A stretch of 32,000 bases of DNA from positions 240,001 to 272,000 of the forward strand of contig CALSTM010000001.1 of the NCBI GenBank assembly GCA_943789275.1, read 5' to 3'. This DNA is from Candidatus Poseidoniaceae archaeon. GTDB lineage: Archaea; Thermoplasmatota; Poseidoniia; Poseidoniales; Poseidoniaceae. Each line of letters starts with the position of its first letter. Positions within the stretch are counted from its first letter, which is position 1. Below are positions 1-7,286 of the stretch, one piece after another. The position numbers and the translations under genes are program-made. Below the pieces are notes generated by a model. The model was not told the origin of the DNA, made no database searches, and saw only the letters and a program-made list of their open reading frames with translations.

Positions 1-3
1 GAA

Positions 4-549
4 ATGGGCGTTCTCCTCTTGTTTCGACTGCTGCTTCCTTTCATTGAGTACACTTTCCTGTTGTACCTGCTCATCATTGCCCTTTCCATCGGTGGGGGCC
101 TCTACTTCTACCGTCGAGCACCGATGCTGAATATTCCTCTTGCTGTGAATATGAATCATCCCTTCATGAGCGATGCTGAACTCGGAAACGCAATGGTCAT
201 GGTACAATTTTCGGATGGGGCTTGGGCAGACATAGGTAAGGGCAGAGTACGTTTGACGGCTGATGAGTTGATGGGAGGGACGTTGCTCATACGAGATGAC
301 GACGACTATACCGTGATTGGGCATTTCAGTCATCGCCAACAATCGCACCCGTGGCTCAAACGATTCGTGATTCTCATCAACCAAGCCATTGCATTGCGCG
401 ATGCGGTCAACGGTGATGAAGACACCATTGAGGATGCCCGTGAGCGTGAAGCCATTGATTACGGATTACTTGAGCGTTCATGGTTGGAGGTCGATGAAAA
501 TCTAGAAATCGAACCTGAAGGCATTTTTAGCAAGTTGAGAAGAGAGTAA
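4..549 (+). CDS. hypothetical membrane-anchored protein (N-terminus may lie beyond the window edge)
   Basis: 181-aa ORF whose frame stays open to base 1. Hydrophobic N-terminal segment (LLLFRLLLPFIEYTFLLYLLIIALSIGGGLYFY) followed by a soluble acidic domain. No family motif recognised. Confidence 0.55.
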   Translation: MGVLLLFRLLLPFIEYTFLLYLLIIALSIGGGLYFYRRAPMLNIPLAVNMNHPFMSDAELGNAMVMVQFSDGAWADIGKGRVRLTADELMGGTLLIRDDDDYTVIGHFSHRQQSHPWLKRFVILINQAIALRDAVNGDEDTIEDAREREAIDYGLLERSWLEVDENLEIEPEGIFSKLRRE

Positions 550-610
550 ATGCATATTCTTGTGGATTTATTGGCCTTCACATTGAAAACCTGTACTCCA
601 TCGGAGGGGT

Positions 611-1222
611 GTGGAAACATCGGCACGTTGGCAAGGGCGTCTCGACGCTTTAGGCTCAAAAGAGCGTGAAACTCTGCTGGGGACATCCCTTTCTCGTCGC
701 TTCACCCTCTTGCCATTATGGCTCTCTCACCCGTCGAACATTTCTGCCTTTTACGGCCTCTTAGTTTCATTGGCGTTAATTCTGCCTTACCGATTTGCAC
801 AAGCTTCAGACAGTTGGCTCACCAACTGGATTTTCCATTCTTCGCTGATTATGGTGGCATGCTTGCTGCTCGGAATGCTTTCTCTCATCATTGTTCGAGT
901 TACAAAGCGTTTCCCAGTGACGCCTCCGCGGTATATTCTCTATCCGATGCCGTTTGTTGGATTTGCGCTGCTCACCATCTCCCTTACCGAGATGCTTGAA
1001 TTACCACAAAGTCTCATTTGGCTTCTTTTACTCCTCCCAGGTCCGATGTATGTTCATCTTTCTTGGGCTCCACGTTGGCGTCTTTTGTGCCAGCTTGAGG
1101 ACAACCAAAACCCGTTTGAAGGTCTCGAACACGAATACCAAGAACCATTGAACGATGCCGAAGAAATTGCTGGCGGAGACGATGAACTTCTTTCGGTCGT
1201 CGATGCACTGGAAGAAGAGTGA
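611..1222 (+). CDS. hypothetical polytopic membrane protein with acidic C-terminal tail
   Basis: 203-aa ORF with a GTG start just after GGAGGGG (603-609); the start is uncertain. About 4 hydrophobic segments (e.g. IMVACLLLGMLSLIIVRV, LIWLLLLLPGPMYV) and a tail rich in D/E. The competing frame-1 ORF 718-999 has no protein-like features. Confidence 0.55.
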   Translation: METSARWQGRLDALGSKERETLLGTSLSRRFTLLPLWLSHPSNISAFYGLLVSLALILPYRFAQASDSWLTNWIFHSSLIMVACLLLGMLSLIIVRVTKRFPVTPPRYILYPMPFVGFALLTISLTEMLELPQSLIWLLLLLPGPMYVHLSWAPRWRLLCQLEDNQNPFEGLEHEYQEPLNDAEEIAGGDDELLSVVDALEEE

Positions 1223-1232
1223 ACGTACAGCC

Positions 1233-1661
1233 TCACTGCTTGTTTTCGAGCCTGATGTAATTGACTTGACTTACTGCGACTAATTTTCCGTTCGTATCGT
1301 AAAGGTCAGCACGAGCGAGACACATTGTTCGCCCAATTCGAACAACATGGGCTTTGCAAACGACGTCCGTATGACAAGGTCGCAAAAATCGTATATTGAA
1401 ATCAGTCGTAGCAACGTGTGCATCCGCTCCGATTTCGGTTAAAATCGACCAACAGGTAACCGTGTCAGCGATTGTTCCAAGCATCCCTCCATGGAATGTT
1501 TCGTAAATACCATCCCAGCGCTTATGGCGTGGGACGGTCGCTTCACAATGGCCCTTTTCCAGTTTGTTAATTTTCATGCCAAGGGTTTCCACAATTGGAA
1601 TCGATTGAATCCTTGCATCGAGGGATTGGAGTTGTTCATCGGTCAATGTCGCACTGTTCAC
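1233..1661 (-). CDS. PaaI/4HBT-family hotdog-fold acyl-CoA thioesterase
   Basis: 142 aa. The 'ETFHGGMLGTIADT' segment carries the HGG motif typical of PaaI thioesterases, and the size fits. GTG start 9 nt after the kbl stop, preceded by GGTGAT. Confidence 0.8.
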   Translation of the reverse strand: MNSATLTDEQLQSLDARIQSIPIVETLGMKINKLEKGHCEATVPRHKRWDGIYETFHGGMLGTIADTVTCWSILTEIGADAHVATTDFNIRFLRPCHTDVVCKAHVVRIGRTMCLARADLYDTNGKLVAVSQVNYIRLENKQ

Positions 1662-1670
1662 AGCATCACC

Positions 1671-2852
1671 TCAGATAAGGTTGAGTTTTGGGCCAACTTT
1701 TTCGAACAGTCGAAGCACTTCGTCGAGATCATCTCGGGTTAGGCCGGCAGACATTTGCGTTCGAATTCTGGCTTTGTCTCTGGCCACCATTGGAAACACG
1801 ATGGCTCCAGCCATGACTCCTTCATCCCCGAGGGCCTTAGTCATGGCTTTGGCTACGCTTGATTCTCCACACATCACTGGTATAATCGGTGTGACGGAAT
1901 TCCCTGTATCAAATCCGAGCGATTGCAGTTCTTTTCTGAAGTAGTCGGTATTTTCCCACAGCCGTGCGTGGTGTTGTGGCTCATCCATGAGGACTTCAAT
2001 TGCTGCTTTTTGTGCAGCTGCTACGCCGGGCGGCTGAGAACCTGAAAGAAGCCATGAGCGTGAATGGTTGAGTGCATGTGTGCGAGTCATTTCTGTGCCG
2101 GCTAGAATACCACCTTGAACTCCCAACGCCTTTGAAAAGGAACCGGTTTCAAAATCAACTTTACCTTGGAGATTGAAATGAGCAACAATCCCTGCACCCT
2201 TTTCTCCAAGGACTCCTTCACCGTGACAATCGTCAACATAAACCATAGCGCCGTATTCTTCGGCCAGTTTGTTTACTTCATCAAGGGGGGCGATGTCTCC
2301 GTCCATTGAAAATACACCATCGGTGATAATCAACTTGCGCTCTGAGGTTTCATGAGCTTTCAACACCGCTTCTAATTCGCCCATGTCGTTGTGTGCATAG
2401 ACGCCACGGCTTGCTTTTGTGAGTCGAACGCCATCGATAATCGAGCCGTGATTCAAAGCATCACTGATAATGACATCTTGTGGTCCAGTCACCAATGCTG
2501 GAATGAGACCAACGTTAACGGTATAACCTGCTGAATAAATCAGTGACGCTTCAACGCCTTTGAATTCAGCAACTTTTCTTTCAGCCTCAAGGTGAATGTC
2601 CATTGTCCCTGCAATGGCACGAACACTTCCACTTCCTGCACCGTATTTTTCCGTCGCATCCAGCATTGCTTGCTTGACTTTTGGGTGCGTGGTCAGGTTG
2701 AGGTAGTTGTTTGCTGAAAGCATGATGGTTGGTTTTCCATCCATACGGCATCGAGGCTCGTTTGGACTTTCCAAAGTCGGCGGTTCCCATAGCAATGATT
2801 TTTCTGATAATTCATCAAAACGAGTTTTCATCCAAGACATGTCACCGGGCAT
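1671..2852 (-). CDS. kbl: 2-amino-3-ketobutyrate CoA ligase (glycine C-acetyltransferase), alpha-oxoamine synthase family
   Basis: 393 aa, colinear with Kbl/BioF. Motifs: SANNYLNL, ISDALNHGSIIDG, ITDGVFSMDGD, PLP-lysine context SFSKALG, C-terminal ARIRTQMSA. SD-like GGAGAG lies just upstream of the ATG at 2852. Confidence 0.85.
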   Translation of the reverse strand: MPGDMSWMKTRFDELSEKSLLWEPPTLESPNEPRCRMDGKPTIMLSANNYLNLTTHPKVKQAMLDATEKYGAGSGSVRAIAGTMDIHLEAERKVAEFKGVEASLIYSAGYTVNVGLIPALVTGPQDVIISDALNHGSIIDGVRLTKASRGVYAHNDMGELEAVLKAHETSERKLIITDGVFSMDGDIAPLDEVNKLAEEYGAMVYVDDCHGEGVLGEKGAGIVAHFNLQGKVDFETGSFSKALGVQGGILAGTEMTRTHALNHSRSWLLSGSQPPGVAAAQKAAIEVLMDEPQHHARLWENTDYFRKELQSLGFDTGNSVTPIIPVMCGESSVAKAMTKALGDEGVMAGAIVFPMVARDKARIRTQMSAGLTRDDLDEVLRLFEKVGPKLNLI

Positions 2853-2964
2853 AAGCTCTCCTCAAACCATTCCAATACCTCGACATTCAAGTTCTTTCGG
2901 GCTTGAAGTTCTCAATGTATGAGCACAACCATGCACTCAAAAAGGAAGTGCTGTTGGGCGTGAC

Positions 2965-3432
2965 ATGCGACTTACCGGTACTGTGAGCAGTGGATTAGGG
3001 CGAGCCCACATTTTCATGGCTCAACCTCACTATCAGGAGCAGTTCAAACAACTTCTCGGTGGTACTGCATGGCCGGGTACTTTGAATCTCACCATTGAAG
3101 GTCAAGACTTGATTCATTACATTGCTCTACGAAAAAAGTCGGGAATCGATACACTTGACGCTACTGACCATGACCGTGAGGCTGCCTCAATCATCGATGT
3201 CAGCATGCATGATGCTCATCGCATTCGTGGTTTCTTGCGAGATGGTGTATCGTTCGGTGGTGCTACTGCATTTATGGCGGTCCTTGAATCTGGAGACTCG
3301 ACCGTCGAGTGTGCTTTATTGATTCCAGATTTAACACGGCACACGGATGTGGTGGAAGTCATTGCATGTTCGTTCTTGCGCGAAAGACTCGCACTTGTCG
3401 ATAACGACATCATTCAGGTTCGCTTGAATTGA
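2965..3432 (+). CDS. ribK: CTP-dependent riboflavin kinase (archaeal type)
   Basis: 155 aa. 'GTVSSGLGRAHIFMAQPHYQEQFKQLLGGTAWPGTLNL' and 'PDLTRHTDVVEVIACSFLRE' match the MJ0056-type archaeal riboflavin kinase layout recalled from the literature. Confidence 0.8.
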   Translation: MRLTGTVSSGLGRAHIFMAQPHYQEQFKQLLGGTAWPGTLNLTIEGQDLIHYIALRKKSGIDTLDATDHDREAASIIDVSMHDAHRIRGFLRDGVSFGGATAFMAVLESGDSTVECALLIPDLTRHTDVVEVIACSFLRERLALVDNDIIQVRLN

Positions 3433-4345
3433 CTGTTGTATGACGGACGATTGGTAACTCGCCCAATTCCGCCCATTCATGGTAGAGCAGGCTCTTCATC
3501 TCATGTCGAGCCCCCTCTCTCCAACGCTTTCTCATGGTACGTTCAACCGCAGGGCCAGTTGGTGGTTCAGTAAAACATCGAATTTCTTTTTGAGATAGAG
3601 GCAGTTCCATCCCATTCCAGTCAACCCCCCAAAGGATGAGCCAGTCCGCAGGTGCTACACCAAAGTCGGCTTCCGTGTCAGGGTGTTCAATGGCCTGCTT
3701 TACCGCATAGGGGCTTATTTCTCCGATGCACATTCTGTGTATTGCCATCGCCGTTCTGCGTACCTGGTTCCACAAAAAAGCCTCACCAATAATTTCGAAC
3801 CCAACGGTTCGTCCTTCAACAATCCATGGTTGACATGAAAGAATCGTCCGCATTGGGTTTTTTCCTTCCTCAACCCGGGCGAAATTCGAAGCATTGTAGG
3901 TTCCTTCAAACATTTTCAGCCACTCTGTAAAGTCTTTTCCAGGATATTTCCAAAATTCCAATCCTTCTAATCGATAGCGATAAACGCGATGATTGGCCAT
4001 TCGAGGGTTCCATTCTTCATCGACCCTTTTGATGTCGAGAAAAGCAATATCTTTGGGCAAGCGATCGTCCAAAGCTCGAATCATTTTTCTTGGCGTTAAG
4101 GCATCCCACAATTCGCTGTCGATGTGTACGACTCCTCCGTTGAGCCGAACATGTACTCCCGCATCTGTACGGCTCGAAAGTACGAGGTTATGTTCAACGG
4201 AAGCAGGGTCGAGCCATTTCAGGCTCCGAAAGACACGAATTAATTCACCTTGAACGGTTTTGACATCGGGTTGAACTTGACTACCATGGTATCCATCGCC
4301 AAGGTAACCGATGCGGAAAGCAAGACGAACACTCTGGTTCGTCAT
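3410..4345 (-). CDS. truA: tRNA pseudouridine(38-40) synthase TruA/Pus1-like
   Basis: 311 aa. N-terminal 'LAFRIGYLGDGYHGSQVQP' and the catalytic-Asp motif 'SSRTDAGVHV'. The 3' end overlaps the ribK 3' end by 23 nt. Confidence 0.88.
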   Translation of the reverse strand: MTNQSVRLAFRIGYLGDGYHGSQVQPDVKTVQGELIRVFRSLKWLDPASVEHNLVLSSRTDAGVHVRLNGGVVHIDSELWDALTPRKMIRALDDRLPKDIAFLDIKRVDEEWNPRMANHRVYRYRLEGLEFWKYPGKDFTEWLKMFEGTYNASNFARVEEGKNPMRTILSCQPWIVEGRTVGFEIIGEAFLWNQVRRTAMAIHRMCIGEISPYAVKQAIEHPDTEADFGVAPADWLILWGVDWNGMELPLSQKEIRCFTEPPTGPAVERTMRKRWREGARHEMKSLLYHEWAELGELPIVRHTTVNSSEPE

Positions 4346-4354
4346 GTGTTCACC

Positions 4355-4876
4355 TCACTCTTCACGAAGCAGCATCTCAGCAGCATCTTCCGGTGAGTAG
4401 CCCAATCCGCCTACGGACCAAATGAGGGCCTGCTTTAGCCACGGTTGAACCATTGGATTCTTCTTACTTGGGTCCATCACTTCGATGGCGTCAACAATGT
4501 TACGGCTTGCCGTAAACAAGACTTCATCGACAGGAATATCTTCGATTTCAAGACGTCGTGCGTAGCGTTGGAACTCTTTAACCGCAACTGGGATTCTTCG
4601 ACATTCAAGTGCAAATGTTGCGAAGTCTCCAATGTATTCGACGTTCTCTTCATCCAATTGCATGGCTTTCTTGTAAGCCATCATGATTTTTCCACCGGGG
4701 ATGACATCGTCTTGTGCCTCGGCGTTTTTCATGTTCGCAAATTCAGCGTACATGTGATGAACTTGAGCGTTCTTTTTGTTGCTGCTCATCAATGCATCGA
4801 GCTCTTCAAGGGCTCCATCGAGGTCGCCACCACGCAATTTTTCAATAGGTCCTTGGAGTACTTCTTCGTCGCTCAT
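4355..4876 (-). CDS. hypothetical all-helical (TPR-like) protein
   Basis: 173-aa ORF, acidic, helix-repeat-like sequence (GDLDGALEELDALMSSN, AYKKAMQLDEENVEY). 9 nt upstream of truA on the same strand. No specific family recognised. Confidence 0.6.
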   Translation of the reverse strand: MSDEEVLQGPIEKLRGGDLDGALEELDALMSSNKKNAQVHHMYAEFANMKNAEAQDDVIPGGKIMMAYKKAMQLDEENVEYIGDFATFALECRRIPVAVKEFQRYARRLEIEDIPVDEVLFTASRNIVDAIEVMDPSKKNPMVQPWLKQALIWSVGGLGYSPEDAAEMLLREE

Positions 4877-4942
4877 GGTATCGCCTTAAGTCGCTGGAGT
4901 CGCAAACACTTTTTGAAACACTCGCCGTATCGGTGTGAATCT

Positions 4943-5983
4943 TCAATCTTCGGATGATGCTACAATTGTGTCTTTGAGGTCTCGAAGCAGGTTTGATTGA
5001 CTGTGTTCCTTGTGCTTTTCATTGAGAAGTGCTTTTGCATTCTCCCAGTTGCGGATATTGTACATGCAATGCTTTGGGTCTGCACGGACTGTTCGAATTG
5101 TTCTCTGATAGGTAAGCAGCCCAATCACGGAGCGAAGAATACCTTTGCCTGCTTTCTCAGCAGTTGAGTCGCCTTCTTTTTCAGTCGTACCGGGAATCGC
5201 ACCTGCGATACCAGGCCCCGTACTTTCTTCGACAATCCCAACTCCAGAATCGGTCAAGATTGTAACGGTAGCAAAACCAAGGATGGTTCCTACAGGCGAC
5301 CGTTCAACCATGACTTCAGAGATGCGATCGAAAAGGATTCGGCGGTGAGACCTCGACAACAGGAAACTGTGCTCAAAAATCACAGCATCGCTCGTGACGG
5401 CGTAGTGGAAACTTCGCTGATAGTAGTAGGTGAGTGCCATGTAGATGGAGACAAATGCAAGCCCAAAGAGACTGTAACTGTATTCACCAATTGGGATAAA
5501 GTCACCAATTGGGTCATCCATCCACAGGTCAGTGATCCAATACAGAACATCATCCATTTGAATCACCAAAGGTGTTAGCGAAATAATAAGTAGGCCAATG
5601 GTGACCCAACGGCCAGATGTTGAAACATTGACCAACCTGTTCATCCAAGTGATAAACAGCATCACAAACACGAAGCCAAATGGATATTTTTCGCCACCTG
5701 TAATGTCAATCATGAACAAAGCAAATTTGACGAAGCCACTCGAATCTTCGTTCGACAGAGCGTTGGCGTTGTCGAAAATAAAGTGTATTGCGAGGACCAA
5801 AATCCCGAGGAGGTACATGCCAAGGAACGCAAACGTACTCGGACGCTTGGTGAGAAGAACTTCCTCGCCTGCGATGAGGCGGAATGTCTTGGCCAGTCGA
5901 GCTTGTTCTGCTTCCTTTTTGGCCTCATCCGTGGTGTGAACATCGGTTGTAGGTGTTTCTGCGGCATCGGATTCTTCGCTCAT
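4943..5983 (-). CDS. membrane protein with C-terminal bacterial-PH (bPH_2/YdbS-YdbT-like) domain
   Basis: The ORF track extends to 6199, but the ATG at 5983 is preceded by GGAGAG and avoids overlap with the upstream gene. 'EEVLLTKRPSTFAFLGMYLLGILVLAIHF' and 'HYAVTSDAVIFEHSFLLSRSHRRILFDRISEVMVERSPVGTILGFATVTI' resemble bPH_2 topology. Several TM helices lie between them. Confidence 0.65.
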   Translation of the reverse strand: MSEESDAAETPTTDVHTTDEAKKEAEQARLAKTFRLIAGEEVLLTKRPSTFAFLGMYLLGILVLAIHFIFDNANALSNEDSSGFVKFALFMIDITGGEKYPFGFVFVMLFITWMNRLVNVSTSGRWVTIGLLIISLTPLVIQMDDVLYWITDLWMDDPIGDFIPIGEYSYSLFGLAFVSIYMALTYYYQRSFHYAVTSDAVIFEHSFLLSRSHRRILFDRISEVMVERSPVGTILGFATVTILTDSGVGIVEESTGPGIAGAIPGTTEKEGDSTAEKAGKGILRSVIGLLTYQRTIRTVRADPKHCMYNIRNWENAKALLNEKHKEHSQSNLLRDLKDTIVASSED

Positions 5984-6080
5984 AGCAATCTCTCCTCTAC
6001 CGTGTCTATCGCTCCTCGCACATAATACCTTGCCCACTGAACAGTGGTACGGTATGGAATACGATTCGGGATGGAAACCG

Positions 6081-7286
6081 TCAGTGAAGCAATCCCCAAG
6101 AGTGCTCTGCGTTTCCTCGAGCCCACTCATAGTCCGATTCTTTTCGGACGCCGTATTCGTCTCGAATACGTAAATATTCCATTTCCAAGGGGTATTCATT
6201 GTACGTCAAGTGTGACTTTATGCCACCTCGTGTCGGCTGGTTGAAAGTCCAATGGGCTCGTTCAATGGCTCTCACACGGAGTTCGATGGTTGTTCTACCG
6301 TTCCACATTTTGATCTCAAAAACCGGCAATGGTGCGCCTGGAGTTTGCCCATGGTCGCCTTCTGTGAGGTTTGAGGATGTTTTCACTATCGTGACGTTGG
6401 TGAATTTTTCGCTGCGTTTGTTCACAGGGTCATGAAAAAGACCACCTTGAGACAACCCAATATGTCCGAGGTCTCGCCTCTTCCATGGGCGATTGTCTCT
6501 GGCGCTAACGGTAAACGAGACATGAGGCAAAAACCAGTCGATGTAAGAGCCATCGTTGAGATGGAGCATGCCCCAGTACCAAGGTACGGAGGGAGCTTGT
6601 ACGCACACTTTCTGGAAGTATGCTGTTCCGGACACCTCTTCATCATCCAGTTTCCCATGAACTTTGGTCCCATGAAGGCGCAGAATGTCGTATCCCATGT
6701 TGGCCGCATAGGTCGCCGTGGCCTGGCGGGCCGTTGACATCGCAGCGTTCCACGGTGTGAGAGTGAGATCAAATTTTTTCGGTACTTTAGGGTGGCTCGC
6801 AGATTCATCGGTAAGCAAATGAAGCCAAAACGCACTCAAGTCGCTCTTGAGACCCATCGAGAGGTCGTTTTCGAGAAGTGGCACGACCGCTCCACCGCCT
6901 CTTCCGGCATTTGTGGCATCGTTGGGCCACATCGAATGGGTATCCGGCATCGCAATCATCCGGCAAATCTGTTGAATGACGGGTTCGTGCATTTGTTGGC
7001 CATCAAACCACCATGCGCATACCATACCGTCCAAGGCAAGTCCACGTTCTTCATCGTAACTTGGCCGGCCGGCTGGAGTCCAGGGCATGCCATTGACTTC
7101 GACCAGTTCATTGTCTTTGGTTGACCACAGTACCATCAGTTGTCTGCCGCTGGGTCGGCCATCCGGGTCGTCGAGCATCACCAGCCACCACCACCAATCC
7201 CATGTCAGATGGTGAAGCGGTGGTCTGTCTTGCAGGCTCCACATTTTCGAGAGGTCACCTGAGAACGATTCCATGTCCGAAGTCAT
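6081..7286 (-). CDS. Trp-rich cytoplasmic protein, putative AttH/CrtC (hydroxyneurosporene-synthase)-like lipocalin-fold family
   Basis: 401 aa with no signal peptide or TM. 'HHLTWDWWWWLVMLDDPDGRP' and 'GTAYFQK...PWYWGMLHLNDGSYIDW' resemble the H..EWWY..G.L.D.DG and G.AW.D..W...WDWF.L.L.DG half-motifs of AttH/CrtC as I recall them. C-terminal 'GNAEHSWG'. The start ATG overlaps the upstream stop (ATGA at 7283-7286). The CDS call is firm; the family call is tentative. Confidence 0.7.
   Translation of the reverse strand: MTSDMESFSGDLSKMWSLQDRPPLHHLTWDWWWWLVMLDDPDGRPSGRQLMVLWSTKDNELVEVNGMPWTPAGRPSYDEERGLALDGMVCAWWFDGQQMHEPVIQQICRMIAMPDTHSMWPNDATNAGRGGGAVVPLLENDLSMGLKSDLSAFWLHLLTDESASHPKVPKKFDLTLTPWNAAMSTARQATATYAANMGYDILRLHGTKVHGKLDDEEVSGTAYFQKVCVQAPSVPWYWGMLHLNDGSYIDWFLPHVSFTVSARDNRPWKRRDLGHIGLSQGGLFHDPVNKRSEKFTNVTIVKTSSNLTEGDHGQTPGAPLPVFEIKMWNGRTTIELRVRAIERAHWTFNQPTRGGIKSHLTYNEYPLEMEYLRIRDEYGVRKESDYEWARGNAEHSWGLLH

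Noticed and set aside
4445-4957. 170-aa plus-strand ORF antisense to the 173-aa helical protein gene; also 25254-25862 (an alternative frame inside the radical SAM gene)
   Set aside because: Both are nested in better-supported frames. The minus-strand frame at 4355-4876 is more protein-like and sits in an operon with truA. The radical SAM frame carries the CxxxCxxC motif.
5984-6199. N-terminal 72-aa extension of ORF 4943-6199
   Set aside because: The extension overlaps the 3' end of the upstream AttH-like gene (6081 onward) and is Cys/His/Trp-rich junk-like sequence. An internal ATG at 5983 with a GGAGAG SD gives a sensible acidic N-terminus.
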